Below are positions 47,027 to 57,135 of a stretch of 64,000 bases of DNA, piece after piece. Numbering within the stretch: the stretch's first letter is position 1; each line of letters begins with the position of its first letter. This stretch comes from an uncultured Candidatus Saccharibacteria bacterium (lineage in GTDB: Bacteria > Patescibacteriota > Minisyncoccia > Phycocordibacterales > 2-02-FULL-43-11): NCBI GenBank assembly GCA_964348785.1, contig CAYGDO010000002.1, positions 2,238-66,237 on the forward strand, given 5' to 3'. Under the pieces are notes generated by a model. That model was not told the DNA's origin. It ran no database searches and saw only the letters and a program-made list of their open reading frames with translations. The position numbers and the translations under genes are program-made.

Positions 47027-49207
47027 ATGAAAAAGTATATATTTTTAGCCTTATTTTCTTTACTTATAACAATCCCGACTGTTTATGCACAAGAAATTAC
47101 ATTTTCAAATGACTTACAAATAGGTAGCCAAAACAACGATGTTGTCGCATTACAAACGTGGCTAATCAATCAAGGTTACGACATACCATCTGTAAGTTCG
47201 GGAAAAATTGCAAAAGGCTATTTCGGCCAGCAAACTCGTATGGCTCTATCATCTTATCAAAAATCTGTCGGCCTTCCTTCGTTCGGTTTTTTTGGCAAAA
47301 TGACACGCGAAAAGTTAAATAAAAATACAAAGATTTCTACTTTGACTGTCACATCACCAAACGGTGGGGAAAAGTGGCAGAAAGGAACATACCAAACAAT
47401 CACTTGGAATGCACCCCAATATTTTAAGGCGACAACCGTTGATATAAAATTGATACAGTATTATCAGCCATGTACAGGACAAATTTGTCCAATGGTTGGG
47501 CAAATGCCAATTCGTCCATACGAAATTGCAAAAAATATAAATGTAGACAAACACGCTTACATTTGGAATGTTGGAAATTTTCCACCAACAGTGGACCCAG
47601 TCGATGGAATGGGTGTTGGAATACTTCTTCCTAATGGAGACGGTCAATACACCATCCAAATTTGTGAATCCGGAACTTCAAATTGCACTTCAAGTAAAAA
47701 ACCATTTACTATTACAAACGAAAATAAATCATCTCCTACAATAAACGGTCTTGATGCTCCTACCACTCTTACCGTAGGACAAACAGGAACATGGACCGTT
47801 AGAGCAAGTGACCCCCAAAATGGACAATTAAGCTATAACGTAAGCTGGGGAGATGAAAACGGGGTTGATTCTTCGGGGACTGTGATTATGCCGTCTCCTC
47901 CGTATTTCACCCAATCCTCTACATTTACTCACTCGTATTCGCGTGCTGGCACATTTACTATCATATTTACAGTCAAAAACATTTCAGGACTTAGTGCTCA
48001 AACTAAAACGACAGTAGTCGTAACTAATCCGTCATCATCTTCCGTAAAAATTCTCTATCCAAACGGTGGGGAAAAATGGAACGCTGGAAATACATACACA
48101 ATATCTTTCAATTCTACAATACGTCCAGTAACGTTTTACATTGAAGGGTACTCCACAAACAACATTAATAATTTAAGCAGTATGATAGGAACTGTTACGC
48201 AACCAGATGTTACAACATTGAATTTTGTAATACCAAAAGACACTTGGTATGGTGACAAATTTAAGATTAAAATTTGTGCTGAAGATTGTAAGTTGAGCCA
48301 CAGTAGCGATTCGTATTTTACTATTATTCCAGAAAGAAAACCCACTATTTCAGTAACACTTCTTAATTCTTTTGAGGATAAAGCAGGAAAAGGTTCCAGT
48401 TTTCAGCCAGGATGGAGCTCTATCCATAATCCAAATTTTACTAATGCTGATTGGAATTTTGAAATGGTACTAGACTTACCCTCAGCAAAGACTATTGAAT
48501 ACATCCACCTACAACACGACCCTGTCTCCGCTTCAACTGAACGTTGGTCCACAAATATAGAAAGAGTAGGTTCTGCCAGCTGGAAGGATTACCCACTTGT
48601 TATTTTTGAAAATGGAAAACAATTGAATACAGATTTTGATCAGAAAATTTATCTTGAACCAGGAATTCATAATCTTAAACTTTATGCTCAGGTTGAAAAA
48701 AATAAATTTTCCGGAGGCCATATTATGCTAGGTTTTAATGACACTTGGTTAAAAACTAATATTCCTGCTTCAGCATACACCCCTCCTCTCGGTGATTGTA
48801 AACCGATTCCAGTTCCTGAGGTACCATTGCCTGTATTATCTACAATAGAGGGTGCTCAGCCTTCAATAAATTTAATTACACCAAATGGAGGCGAAACTTT
48901 TCAATTAGGTAAAATATATCGTATTGTTTGGAATTCGACGAATGTTGATAAAGCAACCTTACGATATTCGTTTCCTCCCTATGGAAATTCTGGTCATGTA
49001 AGTTCTGACGATATTGCCTTCCTTATTCCTAACCAAGGATATTATGACTGGCCTGTCAAAGTCACTCCGTTTGTAGATAAAAGAGTTATAATTACGGTTG
49101 CAGGATATAATACAGGGGCAGGAATAAGCACAGGACATCCTCAAAGTATAGATTATTCTGACGATTATGTTTCCTTAAAAGAATGTGCGAATGATATCAA
49201 TTTATAA
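47027..49207 (+). CDS. Large secreted protein: peptidoglycan-binding domain + repeated SPNGGE beta-sandwich modules + PKD-like domain
   Basis: Signal peptide; ALQTWLINQGYD...GYFGQQTRMALSSYQ (PG_binding_1-like); modules starting TSPNGGEKWQKGTYQTITWN, YPNGGEKWNAGNTYTISFN, TPNGGETFQLGKIYRIVWN; SYNVSWGDENG (PKD-like). Confidence 0.55.
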   Translation: MKKYIFLALFSLLITIPTVYAQEITFSNDLQIGSQNNDVVALQTWLINQGYDIPSVSSGKIAKGYFGQQTRMALSSYQKSVGLPSFGFFGKMTREKLNKNTKISTLTVTSPNGGEKWQKGTYQTITWNAPQYFKATTVDIKLIQYYQPCTGQICPMVGQMPIRPYEIAKNINVDKHAYIWNVGNFPPTVDPVDGMGVGILLPNGDGQYTIQICESGTSNCTSSKKPFTITNENKSSPTINGLDAPTTLTVGQTGTWTVRASDPQNGQLSYNVSWGDENGVDSSGTVIMPSPPYFTQSSTFTHSYSRAGTFTIIFTVKNISGLSAQTKTTVVVTNPSSSSVKILYPNGGEKWNAGNTYTISFNSTIRPVTFYIEGYSTNNINNLSSMIGTVTQPDVTTLNFVIPKDTWYGDKFKIKICAEDCKLSHSSDSYFTIIPERKPTISVTLLNSFEDKAGKGSSFQPGWSSIHNPNFTNADWNFEMVLDLPSAKTIEYIHLQHDPVSASTERWSTNIERVGSASWKDYPLVIFENGKQLNTDFDQKIYLEPGIHNLKLYAQVEKNKFSGGHIMLGFNDTWLKTNIPASAYTPPLGDCKPIPVPEVPLPVLSTIEGAQPSINLITPNGGETFQLGKIYRIVWNSTNVDKATLRYSFPPYGNSGHVSSDDIAFLIPNQGYYDWPVKVTPFVDKRVIITVAGYNTGAGISTGHPQSIDYSDDYVSLKECANDINL

Positions 49208-49213
49208 AAAATT

Positions 49214-50455
49214 ATGAAAATCAATAATCAAAAAGGTTTTGTTGTTCAAGGAGCAATCGTGATAATAGCTTTGCTGTTAATTAGTGGGGGAGCATATTAT
49301 GCTGTAAAAAATCAAGACACGACTCCTGATAAAGATAATCTAAATGCGAATCAAAATATAAAAGATGTAACCCTTATAAAAGAAGTAACAATTATGGTGC
49401 CTGATAATATGGAATCCTATTTGACGGCAATGAATAAATATATTTTTGATGGAGGAAATAACCCTTCAAAAACATGGACTTTTGTAGCTAAAAAAATACC
49501 CACCACACCTTCAAGCGACATAATTAAAACAAGCGCTCAAGTCGCAGCTGAACAGATAGATACACAGGGCGGAATTCCTAGCGCTGAAGTTGTGTATTTA
49601 AAAATAGTAAATAAAACTGCTTATATCTTATTAGCAATGCAAATAGATTCGTGGGTTAGTGTTTCAACAAGCTTAGCAAAAATCAAGCCTTTAGTTGAAA
49701 AAACGCTTTTACAATTCCCAGAAATAGAATCTGTTGTTTTTGATACCGCTCCTGGAGATAAAATAGAAGATATTGAAAAATCATATAAAAGAAAATCAGT
49801 GTTGCCAATCACGATTCTTTCGCCAAACGGAGGAGAAAACTTTGTGGTAGATGGCGGGGATATAAATGCCTCAATCCCAGTGAATTTTACACTAAATAAA
49901 CCCCAAGGTTTTTCAGTCTACCTCATAGACTCAAAACAAAACATTACGGCTTCTTGGGCTACTGACAATCGATTCAATTCGGATTTAAAAATAAATTATA
50001 AATTTAATGTTAATTCTTTGATAAGCGGTGAAAAAAATTCTTCTCCAACCAAAGCAGGGGAGTACAAAATCAAGATTTGTGACTATGATGGAAATAATTG
50101 TGATACGAGTGATAATTATTTTACTATCATAGATAATCGCAAATCTTCAATCAGAGTCCTTTCACCAAACGGGGGAGAAAAATTATTAATTGGTAATAAA
50201 TATGAAGTTAAATGGTCCACTTCAAACAATAGCGATTTTGTAAGATTATTCCTTATGCCTGGCAATATACCGATTACATCAATGGCCAATGCAACAGCAG
50301 AATTTTCTTCACCATTTTCTTGGACAATAAATACAAATATCTTACCCGGACAATATAAAGTAGAGGCCAGACTTTACACCCCTTATGGCGACGTCCCTAG
50401 CCAAATATCATTTGATCAAAGTGATGACTATTTCACCGTTATTGCTTCAAAATAA
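49214..50455 (+). CDS. Secreted protein with SPNGGE repeat modules (paralog of upstream gene)
   Basis: SPNGGENFVVDGG..., SPNGGEKLLIGNKYEVKWSTS modules; N-terminal anchor. Confidence 0.5.
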   Translation: MKINNQKGFVVQGAIVIIALLLISGGAYYAVKNQDTTPDKDNLNANQNIKDVTLIKEVTIMVPDNMESYLTAMNKYIFDGGNNPSKTWTFVAKKIPTTPSSDIIKTSAQVAAEQIDTQGGIPSAEVVYLKIVNKTAYILLAMQIDSWVSVSTSLAKIKPLVEKTLLQFPEIESVVFDTAPGDKIEDIEKSYKRKSVLPITILSPNGGENFVVDGGDINASIPVNFTLNKPQGFSVYLIDSKQNITASWATDNRFNSDLKINYKFNVNSLISGEKNSSPTKAGEYKIKICDYDGNNCDTSDNYFTIIDNRKSSIRVLSPNGGEKLLIGNKYEVKWSTSNNSDFVRLFLMPGNIPITSMANATAEFSSPFSWTINTNILPGQYKVEARLYTPYGDVPSQISFDQSDDYFTVIASK

Positions 50456-50591
50456 AAATATTCAACGAAAATAAAGGCGCTACAAAAATATATATTTTAA
50501 ACGTACGCGCATATTTAAACACACTAGGTTAATTAAAAAGGGTCCGACCTGTGTCAGACCCTCGACAAAAACCTGCTCGGGTAGCCGCACC

Positions 50592-50936
50592 CTACCAGGC
50601 GTATCGGCCGTTGAGTCCCTTCCATCCCGGGTCGGCTACCCGGGCGAGGAGCAGATCGCCATCGATCCGCTCGTTGTTGGAGCAGTGCACCATCGCACCG
50701 CGCCCGTTGGGGGCCAACTCCCGGAGATCACAATCGGGGATATAGGAATCAGTCGCCCGACGGATCCACACCTGGCCGTCCATGGTTACCACCGTCTGTG
50801 TCGAATTGTTGGAGTCATGACGGCCCCAATCACTCTCCTCGGGACTCGCGATGACCACGTCGTTGGACTTGGGCAATCCTGTCACATGAACGAACCCCAG
50901 TGCCCGAAGGGTCTCAGCCTGTGTTAAATTCATAAA
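50592..50936 (-). CDS. GC-rich hypothetical protein (start at MNLTQAE with GGAGG RBS)
   Basis: GGAGG 8 nt upstream of ATG; followed (minus strand) by stem-loop gggtctgac-acag-gtcggaccc + TTTTTA terminator at 50534-50575; GC content far above background. Confidence 0.35.
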   Translation of the reverse strand, partial: FMNLTQAETLRALGFVHVTGLPKSNDVVIASPEESDWGRHDSNNSTQTVVTMDGQVWIRRATDSYIPDCDLRELAPNGRGAMVHCSNNERIDGDLLLARVADPGWKGLNGRYAW

Positions 50937-51202
50937 AGCGCCTCCAACTTTCCGACAGATACTTGCCCACAATCTAAACTTGAATGCCTGGTTCAAGAAA
51001 AGATATTGGCTTAACCAAAAAGGGGTTTCGAAGCCCTTTAAGTTGGTCTGGGATGGTAGCAAATCTATGCCCCTGTCCCAAAGTACCTATTGTCAATATT
51101 ATAACATATATAGGAGAAAAAGCAAGGAATCTGCCTCCCCGTAAAACAGGAAGCCTGTCACGGGGTAGGCACGCTTTACGTCTCCTGTTTTTGAAAACTG
51201 TC

Positions 51203-51814
51203 TTACTCTCTATGCTTCAGTGCATTTTTCAAAGTATCCGCATCGGCATATTCAAGTTCAGTTCCAGTCGATAAACCACGTCCTAAAACTGTAATTTTGA
51301 AGTTATCGACAGATATTGGGGAAAGATGGGACACAATGAAATCGCCAGTGTTTTCACCCTCAGAATTGGCATTTAAAGCCAAAATAACCTCTTTTAAACC
51401 CTCTTTTGAGAGCTTTTTGACCAAAGATATCAATTCTTTCAATCTAATCTTTTTTTCAGGTTCTTTATCCAAAATTGGCACACTACCACCCAAAACAAAA
51501 TACAATCCTTTATAAGCTCCACTTTTTTCAACCATTTCAAAATCAACGTCACGAGAGACAATCATCAATATAGTTTTGTCACGATTTTTATCAGAACAAA
51601 TATTGCAAAGCTCGGCCGAAGACCCCACGTGAAAAAATCTATGGCAAGAAGCGCATTCTTTAGAAGTTTTTCTAACATTAACAATCAGTTTTGATAGGGA
51701 ATCAGAATAACTAAACTCTCTAGTCAAAATAAAATAAGCAAAACGTTTGGCCTGTCTTGGACCAATACCTGGAAATTGTCGAAACGCCTCTACCAATCGG
51801 TTAAATTCTTCCAT
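51203..51814 (-). CDS. recR: Recombination protein RecR
   Basis: N-terminal HhH (FPGIGPRQAKR), C4 zinc finger CASCH...CNICSD, Toprim domain. Confidence 0.9.
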   Translation of the reverse strand: MEEFNRLVEAFRQFPGIGPRQAKRFAYFILTREFSYSDSLSKLIVNVRKTSKECASCHRFFHVGSSAELCNICSDKNRDKTILMIVSRDVDFEMVEKSGAYKGLYFVLGGSVPILDKEPEKKIRLKELISLVKKLSKEGLKEVILALNANSEGENTGDFIVSHLSPISVDNFKITVLGRGLSTGTELEYADADTLKNALKHRE

Positions 51815-51819
51815 CTTAT

Positions 51820-53262
51820 TTAAAAATTATCTAATCCTTTGCCGGGAACATTTGGAGTCGAAGAGAAATCATTAAAATCACCCTTTTCTAAACTCATAAA
51901 AGTTGATCTATCAGAATCAAAATACAATTCAACTTTACCAGTCGGTCCATTTCTATGCTTTTCAATCAAAATTTCAGCGATATTTGGCTTTTCACTGTTT
52001 TCATTATATTTATCTTCACGATGAATAAACATAACGACATCAGCGTCCTGTTCAATAGAACCAGAATCCCTAAGGTCTGAAAGTCTTGGTCTGCCACCTC
52101 TTTGTTCAACTGCACGATTTAACTGCGACAAAGCAAGAACGGGAATATTTAATTCACGAGCCAAATTCTTTAGAGAACGAGAAAGTTCCGTAACTTGTTG
52201 AACAACAGAATCAGATGCACGACTGTCTGTGGGGACCATAAGCTGTAAATAATCGACAATAATTAATCCAAGATTTTTTTCACTTTTCAACCTACGGGCC
52301 ACTGATCTCATTTTTATAATATTATTGCCAGGTTGATCATCAATATAAACTGGTGCCTTTGAGAGTCTGTCCAGTGAGTCTCTAATTCTGTCAAAATCAT
52401 TTTCAGCAGACAATCTACCAGTTCGAAGTTTCCAAGCATCAACTCTAGATTCAGCGGCAAGCATTCTATCAACCAACTGTTGAGAGCTCATTTCAAGAGA
52501 AAAGACACAAACAGGAATAGAATGATTGATAGCAGCTTGTCTTGCTATATCAAGAGCAAGAGAAGTTTTACCCATAGAAGGACGGGCTGCCAAAATTATC
52601 AAATCTGATTTTTGAAGACCGGCCAACTTATTATCAAGACTTGGAAAACCAGTTGGTACACCACGAAGTTCATCTTTTGATTTATGCAATTTATCAATTC
52701 TTTCCCATGCCTCACCTAAAATATCTTTGAGTTCTAAAAACTTATGATTTTTAGAAGTTGAGTTCGCAACTTCATAAATTCTTTTTTCTGCCTTATCAAG
52801 CAATTGCTCAACGTCCGCTACTTCGTCATAACCCAAATAAGTAATATACTCAGCGGCCTCAATAAGACTTCTCATCAGATTTTTATTGTGAACAATGTTA
52901 GCGTACTGTCTGACATTTACCGAAGAGGGAACATACTCAATAAGTTCAGCCAAATAAGTACTGCCACCGATTGATTCCAAACTACCTTTTTCTTTTAATC
53001 TGGAAGAAATCGTTAACAAATCTATTGGTTCATTTTTTCCAAGAAGTTCAAGCATTACCTCAAAAATAATGCGGTGTTTATCAAAATAAAAAGACTTAGG
53101 AGAAACAATGTCCACTATTTCATAGACTGCTCCAGGTCTCATCATAACTGAACCGAGCAATGCTTTTTCCGCCTCAAGATTTTGAGGTGGTACTTTTAAA
53201 GTGTTTGTACTCATATGTGTCGCCTGATTTCTTGTATTTTTTGTAATTGCCATGAAAGGCAT
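51820..53262 (-). CDS. dnaB: Replicative DNA helicase DnaB
   Basis: N-terminal PPQNLEAEKALLGSVM, Walker A ARPSMGKTSLALD, RecA-like C-domain. Confidence 0.9.
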   Translation of the reverse strand: MPFMAITKNTRNQATHMSTNTLKVPPQNLEAEKALLGSVMMRPGAVYEIVDIVSPKSFYFDKHRIIFEVMLELLGKNEPIDLLTISSRLKEKGSLESIGGSTYLAELIEYVPSSVNVRQYANIVHNKNLMRSLIEAAEYITYLGYDEVADVEQLLDKAEKRIYEVANSTSKNHKFLELKDILGEAWERIDKLHKSKDELRGVPTGFPSLDNKLAGLQKSDLIILAARPSMGKTSLALDIARQAAINHSIPVCVFSLEMSSQQLVDRMLAAESRVDAWKLRTGRLSAENDFDRIRDSLDRLSKAPVYIDDQPGNNIIKMRSVARRLKSEKNLGLIIVDYLQLMVPTDSRASDSVVQQVTELSRSLKNLARELNIPVLALSQLNRAVEQRGGRPRLSDLRDSGSIEQDADVVMFIHREDKYNENSEKPNIAEILIEKHRNGPTGKVELYFDSDRSTFMSLEKGDFNDFSSTPNVPGKGLDNF

Positions 53263-53470
53263 TTTAGCACAGTGGGAAATAATAAAAGTTATAAAAGTTA
53301 TTAAGCTGTGGGGAAGGTGGGGAGATCATAAACAATTTCTAAGACCTAATTATTAATTTCTAATACAAAATCCCAGCCCCCTAGCCCAGAACACACTCTG
53401 AGGCTTTTTTATTTTTTGAAACAACCTTGACGATAAATAAATTAAGGGTAATCTCTATTTGGAACAAACC

Positions 53471-53623
53471 ATGAACAACGACACTGAAGTCCGGGTGGAT
53501 CGCCTAAGGGATGATAGGACTCTTCGAAGAAGTCTCGCCGTCGCGACAGTCACAGTTCTGGCCTTGGGATTTGCCCTTGGCCTTCTCTGGCTCTGGGTCG
53601 GCAACAAACCGTTTTGAGGATAG
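53471..53623 (+). CDS. GC-rich 50-aa ORF with one TM helix (MNNDTEVRVDRLRDDRTLRRSLAVATVTVLALGFALGLLWLWVGNKPF)
   Basis: High-GC codon usage unlike host; TTGACG -35-like upstream; no SD; coding status uncertain. Confidence 0.25.
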
Positions 53624-53729
53624 AGTCCGATGGCGGTTTTTTTATTGCAACTTAGGACGAGGTCAAACTTTTTTGAAACAAAATGCCCACAAATACAGTT
53701 TGATATTCATAGATTAAATAGTTATAATC

Positions 53730-54410
53730 GTGCGCAATATGCAAGCAGTAATACTAGCCGCCGGACGTGGCAAAAGAATGAATCATCTGACAAATGACAC
53801 ACCAAAACCTATGATACAGGTTGGTGGTAAAAATTTGATTGAATGGAAATTAGAGAGACTGCCAAAAGAAGTGGATGAAGTAATTTTGGTCATTGGTTAT
53901 CTTGGTGAAAAAATCAAAAATTATTTTGGTTCAAATTTTGCTGGCAAAAAAATAACCTATGTTGAACAAGGTGATTTAAGTGGAACAGGTTCAGCATTAT
54001 TTAGAGTAAAAGACCTACTTAGTGGACAATTTATAGTAATGATGGGGGATGATATTTATGGAGAAGATGATGTCAAAAAGGCGCTTTCAAATGGTTGGAG
54101 TATTTTAGTAGAAAAAGTAAAAACACCAAAAAAAGGTGCAAAAATTATCCTTAATGAAGATAATACGATAAAAGATATTATTGAAAGATCTGATTTAAAT
54201 ATAGGAGAAATAAACAATGCTGGAATGTACGTTTTGGGAACAGAAATTTTCAATTATCCCTTAGTGCCAATAGGTAATGATGAATTTGGATTACCCCAAA
54301 CAATAGTTAAGGCTCTTAAAGATTTCAAAATAAAAATAATAGAAGAAACTGGCTGGATACAAGTCACTAACCCAGAAGATGTAGAAAAAGCTGGAAAATT
54401 AATTAAATAA
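53730..54410 (+). CDS. Sugar-phosphate nucleotidyltransferase (NTP_transferase family)
   Basis: AVILAAGRGKRMNHLTNDTPKPMIQVGGKNLIEW signature G..RGKR loop. Confidence 0.75.
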   Translation: MRNMQAVILAAGRGKRMNHLTNDTPKPMIQVGGKNLIEWKLERLPKEVDEVILVIGYLGEKIKNYFGSNFAGKKITYVEQGDLSGTGSALFRVKDLLSGQFIVMMGDDIYGEDDVKKALSNGWSILVEKVKTPKKGAKIILNEDNTIKDIIERSDLNIGEINNAGMYVLGTEIFNYPLVPIGNDEFGLPQTIVKALKDFKIKIIEETGWIQVTNPEDVEKAGKLIK

Positions 54411-54412
54411 AT

Positions 54413-55798
54413 TTAAACTCTTTTTATAGTTTGTTCTCCTTCACTGTCATTCACCTCAAAACCTAAATCTTTTATTTGATTTCTAATTAAATCAGATTTT
54501 GCCCAATCTTTAGCATCTCTTGCTTTTTTTCTTTCCTCCAAAAGATTCTTAACTTCTATCGGCAAAACTATAGACTTCTCATCTCGACTAATTTTTTCCA
54601 AATTTAAACCCAAAACTTTATCAAATTCCAAAATAGTGGCTTTCTTATTTTCTCCTAAAACAGCATCGTCTTTGATTAAATCCCAAAGGACAGCAACAGC
54701 TTGAGAAAAATTTAAATCATCATTTATGGCTTCTTTAAAACGATCAATGTAATACTCATTTACCTTACCTAAATTCTTTACAGAGGTAATAAATGAAACA
54801 ATTTTAAAAAATGCATTCTGACTGGCTTCCAATGCCTCAAAAGAAAAATCCATTTGAGTTCTGTAATGAGCACCAAGCAAATAGTACCTATAAGCGACGG
54901 GATTAAAGCCTTTTTCAATAATAGTCCTAAGAGTAACAAAGCCCTCGCCTGACTTTGCCATTTTATTGCCTGATAAATTCAGATGTTCATTATGAAGCCA
55001 ATATTTTGCCATCGGAACTCCAAAAGCTGATTCGGATTGAGCAATTTCATTATTATGATGTGTGCCAATATGATCCACTCCACCAGTATGAATATCAAAC
55101 GGAACTCCAAGATATTTTTCTGACATTCCCGAACACTCAATATGCCAACCAGGAAAACCCTTACCCCAAGGAGACTGCCAACCCAAATCCTTATTAAATT
55201 TCCACAAACAAAAGTCTGATTGAGATTTCTTTTCTGGATTTATAGCAACTCTTGCTCCATCTTTTTTATTATCCGTTGCAAAGCTTCCCAATTTTCCGTA
55301 ATCAGAAAATTTTGAAGTTTCAAAATAGACACCATCAGAAATTTTATAAATGAGATTTTTATTTTCTAATTTTTTTATAATAGCAATGTCAGCATCAATA
55401 TTATCGCTTGCTCTTGGCATAACATCTGGCAAAGAAATATTGAGAATTTTCAAGTCTTCAACAAAAGCATTTTCATAAAACAAAGCAATCTCTTTCATTG
55501 ATTCAAGATTCAAAGGTTTTCCTTCTCTTAAAATGGCCTTTGTCATTTTATCTTCTCCTTCATCAGAATCTGTTACCAGCTGACCAACATCAGTAATATT
55601 CATTACCTGTCTAACTTTATAACCGCCAAAAAGTAAAGTTCTCTTAAGTAAATCAACAAAAACATACGCTCTTAGATTGCCAATATGAGCATAGTTGTAA
55701 ACAGTGGGGCCACAGTTGTACATTCTAACTTCCTCTTTTTTAATAGGGGAGAAAATTTCTTTTTTACCTGACAGAGTATTTAAAAGCTTTAATTCCAT
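54413..55798 (-). CDS. cysS: Cysteine--tRNA ligase
   Basis: MYNCGPTVYNYAHIGN (HIGH), KMAKSGEG (KMSKS-like), Zn-binding Cys. Confidence 0.9.
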   Translation of the reverse strand: MELKLLNTLSGKKEIFSPIKKEEVRMYNCGPTVYNYAHIGNLRAYVFVDLLKRTLLFGGYKVRQVMNITDVGQLVTDSDEGEDKMTKAILREGKPLNLESMKEIALFYENAFVEDLKILNISLPDVMPRASDNIDADIAIIKKLENKNLIYKISDGVYFETSKFSDYGKLGSFATDNKKDGARVAINPEKKSQSDFCLWKFNKDLGWQSPWGKGFPGWHIECSGMSEKYLGVPFDIHTGGVDHIGTHHNNEIAQSESAFGVPMAKYWLHNEHLNLSGNKMAKSGEGFVTLRTIIEKGFNPVAYRYYLLGAHYRTQMDFSFEALEASQNAFFKIVSFITSVKNLGKVNEYYIDRFKEAINDDLNFSQAVAVLWDLIKDDAVLGENKKATILEFDKVLGLNLEKISRDEKSIVLPIEVKNLLEERKKARDAKDWAKSDLIRNQIKDLGFEVNDSEGEQTIKRV

Positions 55799-55815
55799 AA
55801 AAAGATACTACCATC

Positions 55816-56733
55816 TTAAAGCCATTTTTTCATCTTGAAAAAAGCATAAAAAAATAAACCAAGTAACACTTCACCACCAGCAATAATCCAAAAAGAATTT
55901 GGAAGATTAATGAAAGGCGTACCCTTTGCTCCGATTTGAAACCAAGAAGTGATGATGCTTAAAGGTAAAGTTATAAAAGCGATAACAGTCAAAGCTTGAG
56001 TAATTTGATTTTGCTTAGTAGTCAAAAGAGCATTGTTGGTCTCTCGTAGTTCAGACATAAACTCCAACATATTTCGGATAGAATTTTCTACTTTTACATA
56101 TTCACCAATAAGAGATCTCAAATAAAACCGGAATTCTTCACCAAAAAATTTAATTGAGGCAACTTCAAAAGATTCTAAAATCTCGTCATGAAGACTGGTT
56201 GCCCGTTTAAAATCCAAAAGCTCTCTTGAGACCTCTGACAATTTCTTAACCATTTCCTTTTCTCTACCTTTAAAAATCTCATCCTCAATAGAAGCCAGTT
56301 TGTCTTTAATCCTTTCAGTTTTATGCAAAATAGATTCATAAATCTTTTTAAGCATTTCAAAAAAGATAAAGCCGGCGTGAGCACCTTTTGCTCCTTTTTC
56401 TAAGATTGCCTCAACTTCCAAAGATTTTGATAACGCGAGAAGGGCATCAACTTCTCCATATCTCGTAGTAATAATAAAATTCTTTCCAACGATAAAATCC
56501 ATTTCTTGATCATCTTGCCCACCATCAACATTTTTTCGAAGAGAAGGGAAGTGAAGAATTAAATAAATAAAGTTGTCATACAAATCAACCTTGGGTCTTA
56601 AGGTTGGAATATTGAGTTCATGCGCAACTAAAGGATGAATATTGTATTCAGAAACAATCTGCCTAATTTCATCAACAGATGGAGAAATTAAATCTACCCA
56701 GACTAAATTTCCAGAGTGATATTTTTGTATCAT
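55816..56733 (-). CDS. CorA-family divalent cation transporter homolog lacking the GMN motif
   Basis: N-terminal CorA fold (WVDLISPSVDEI...IHPLVAHEL...RPKVDLYDNFIYLILHFP), two C-terminal TMs; position of YGMNF reads SWFQIGAKG. Confidence 0.65.
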   Translation of the reverse strand: MIQKYHSGNLVWVDLISPSVDEIRQIVSEYNIHPLVAHELNIPTLRPKVDLYDNFIYLILHFPSLRKNVDGGQDDQEMDFIVGKNFIITTRYGEVDALLALSKSLEVEAILEKGAKGAHAGFIFFEMLKKIYESILHKTERIKDKLASIEDEIFKGREKEMVKKLSEVSRELLDFKRATSLHDEILESFEVASIKFFGEEFRFYLRSLIGEYVKVENSIRNMLEFMSELRETNNALLTTKQNQITQALTVIAFITLPLSIITSWFQIGAKGTPFINLPNSFWIIAGGEVLLGLFFYAFFKMKKWL

Positions 56734-56802
56734 AGTTAGAAAAATTATATCACAAAAATTTACATTGCTTTAATTTAAAATCCGTTTATAGTTCTGTGTT
56801 AG

Positions 56803-57069
56803 ATGAAAAGAAAAAGATCTCATTGGATTTTCCAGGGAGGGTTCAAACGACAAAAAAGAGCAGGGGAATCTCCCCAAAAATGTGCGGAATGCCACATGCC
56901 GATAAACAATGGGGAAGTCTACACTGGAGAAATCTGGAAACATTATGGTAGATTGATCACTCTTAGACGACATGAAAATTGCACAACACGGCTAGAACGT
57001 GGTCATGTTTGGTGCGCCATCACAGCACTTTCTCTCATCGTCCCAACCACTACTCCCATCACCCGGTAG
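56803..57069 (+). CDS. Possible small Cys/His-containing protein in mildly GC-enriched patch
   Basis: 88-aa ORF with CAECH...HENC; ends inside hairpin accactac...gtagtggtTTTTTTT (57046-57080). Confidence 0.25.
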   Translation: MKRKRSHWIFQGGFKRQKRAGESPQKCAECHMPINNGEVYTGEIWKHYGRLITLRRHENCTTRLERGHVWCAITALSLIVPTTTPITR

Positions 57070-57135
57070 TGGTTTTTTTAATGTTTGTCCAAACCTTTCT
57101 TCTGCCAAGAAAGAAAGTTTGGTTACAAACATTAA

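Noticed and set aside
50551-50927. Plus-strand ORFs 50551..50745 and 50685..50927
   Set aside because: They are antisense shadows of the minus-strand GC-rich gene, which has a clear GGAGG RBS and terminator.
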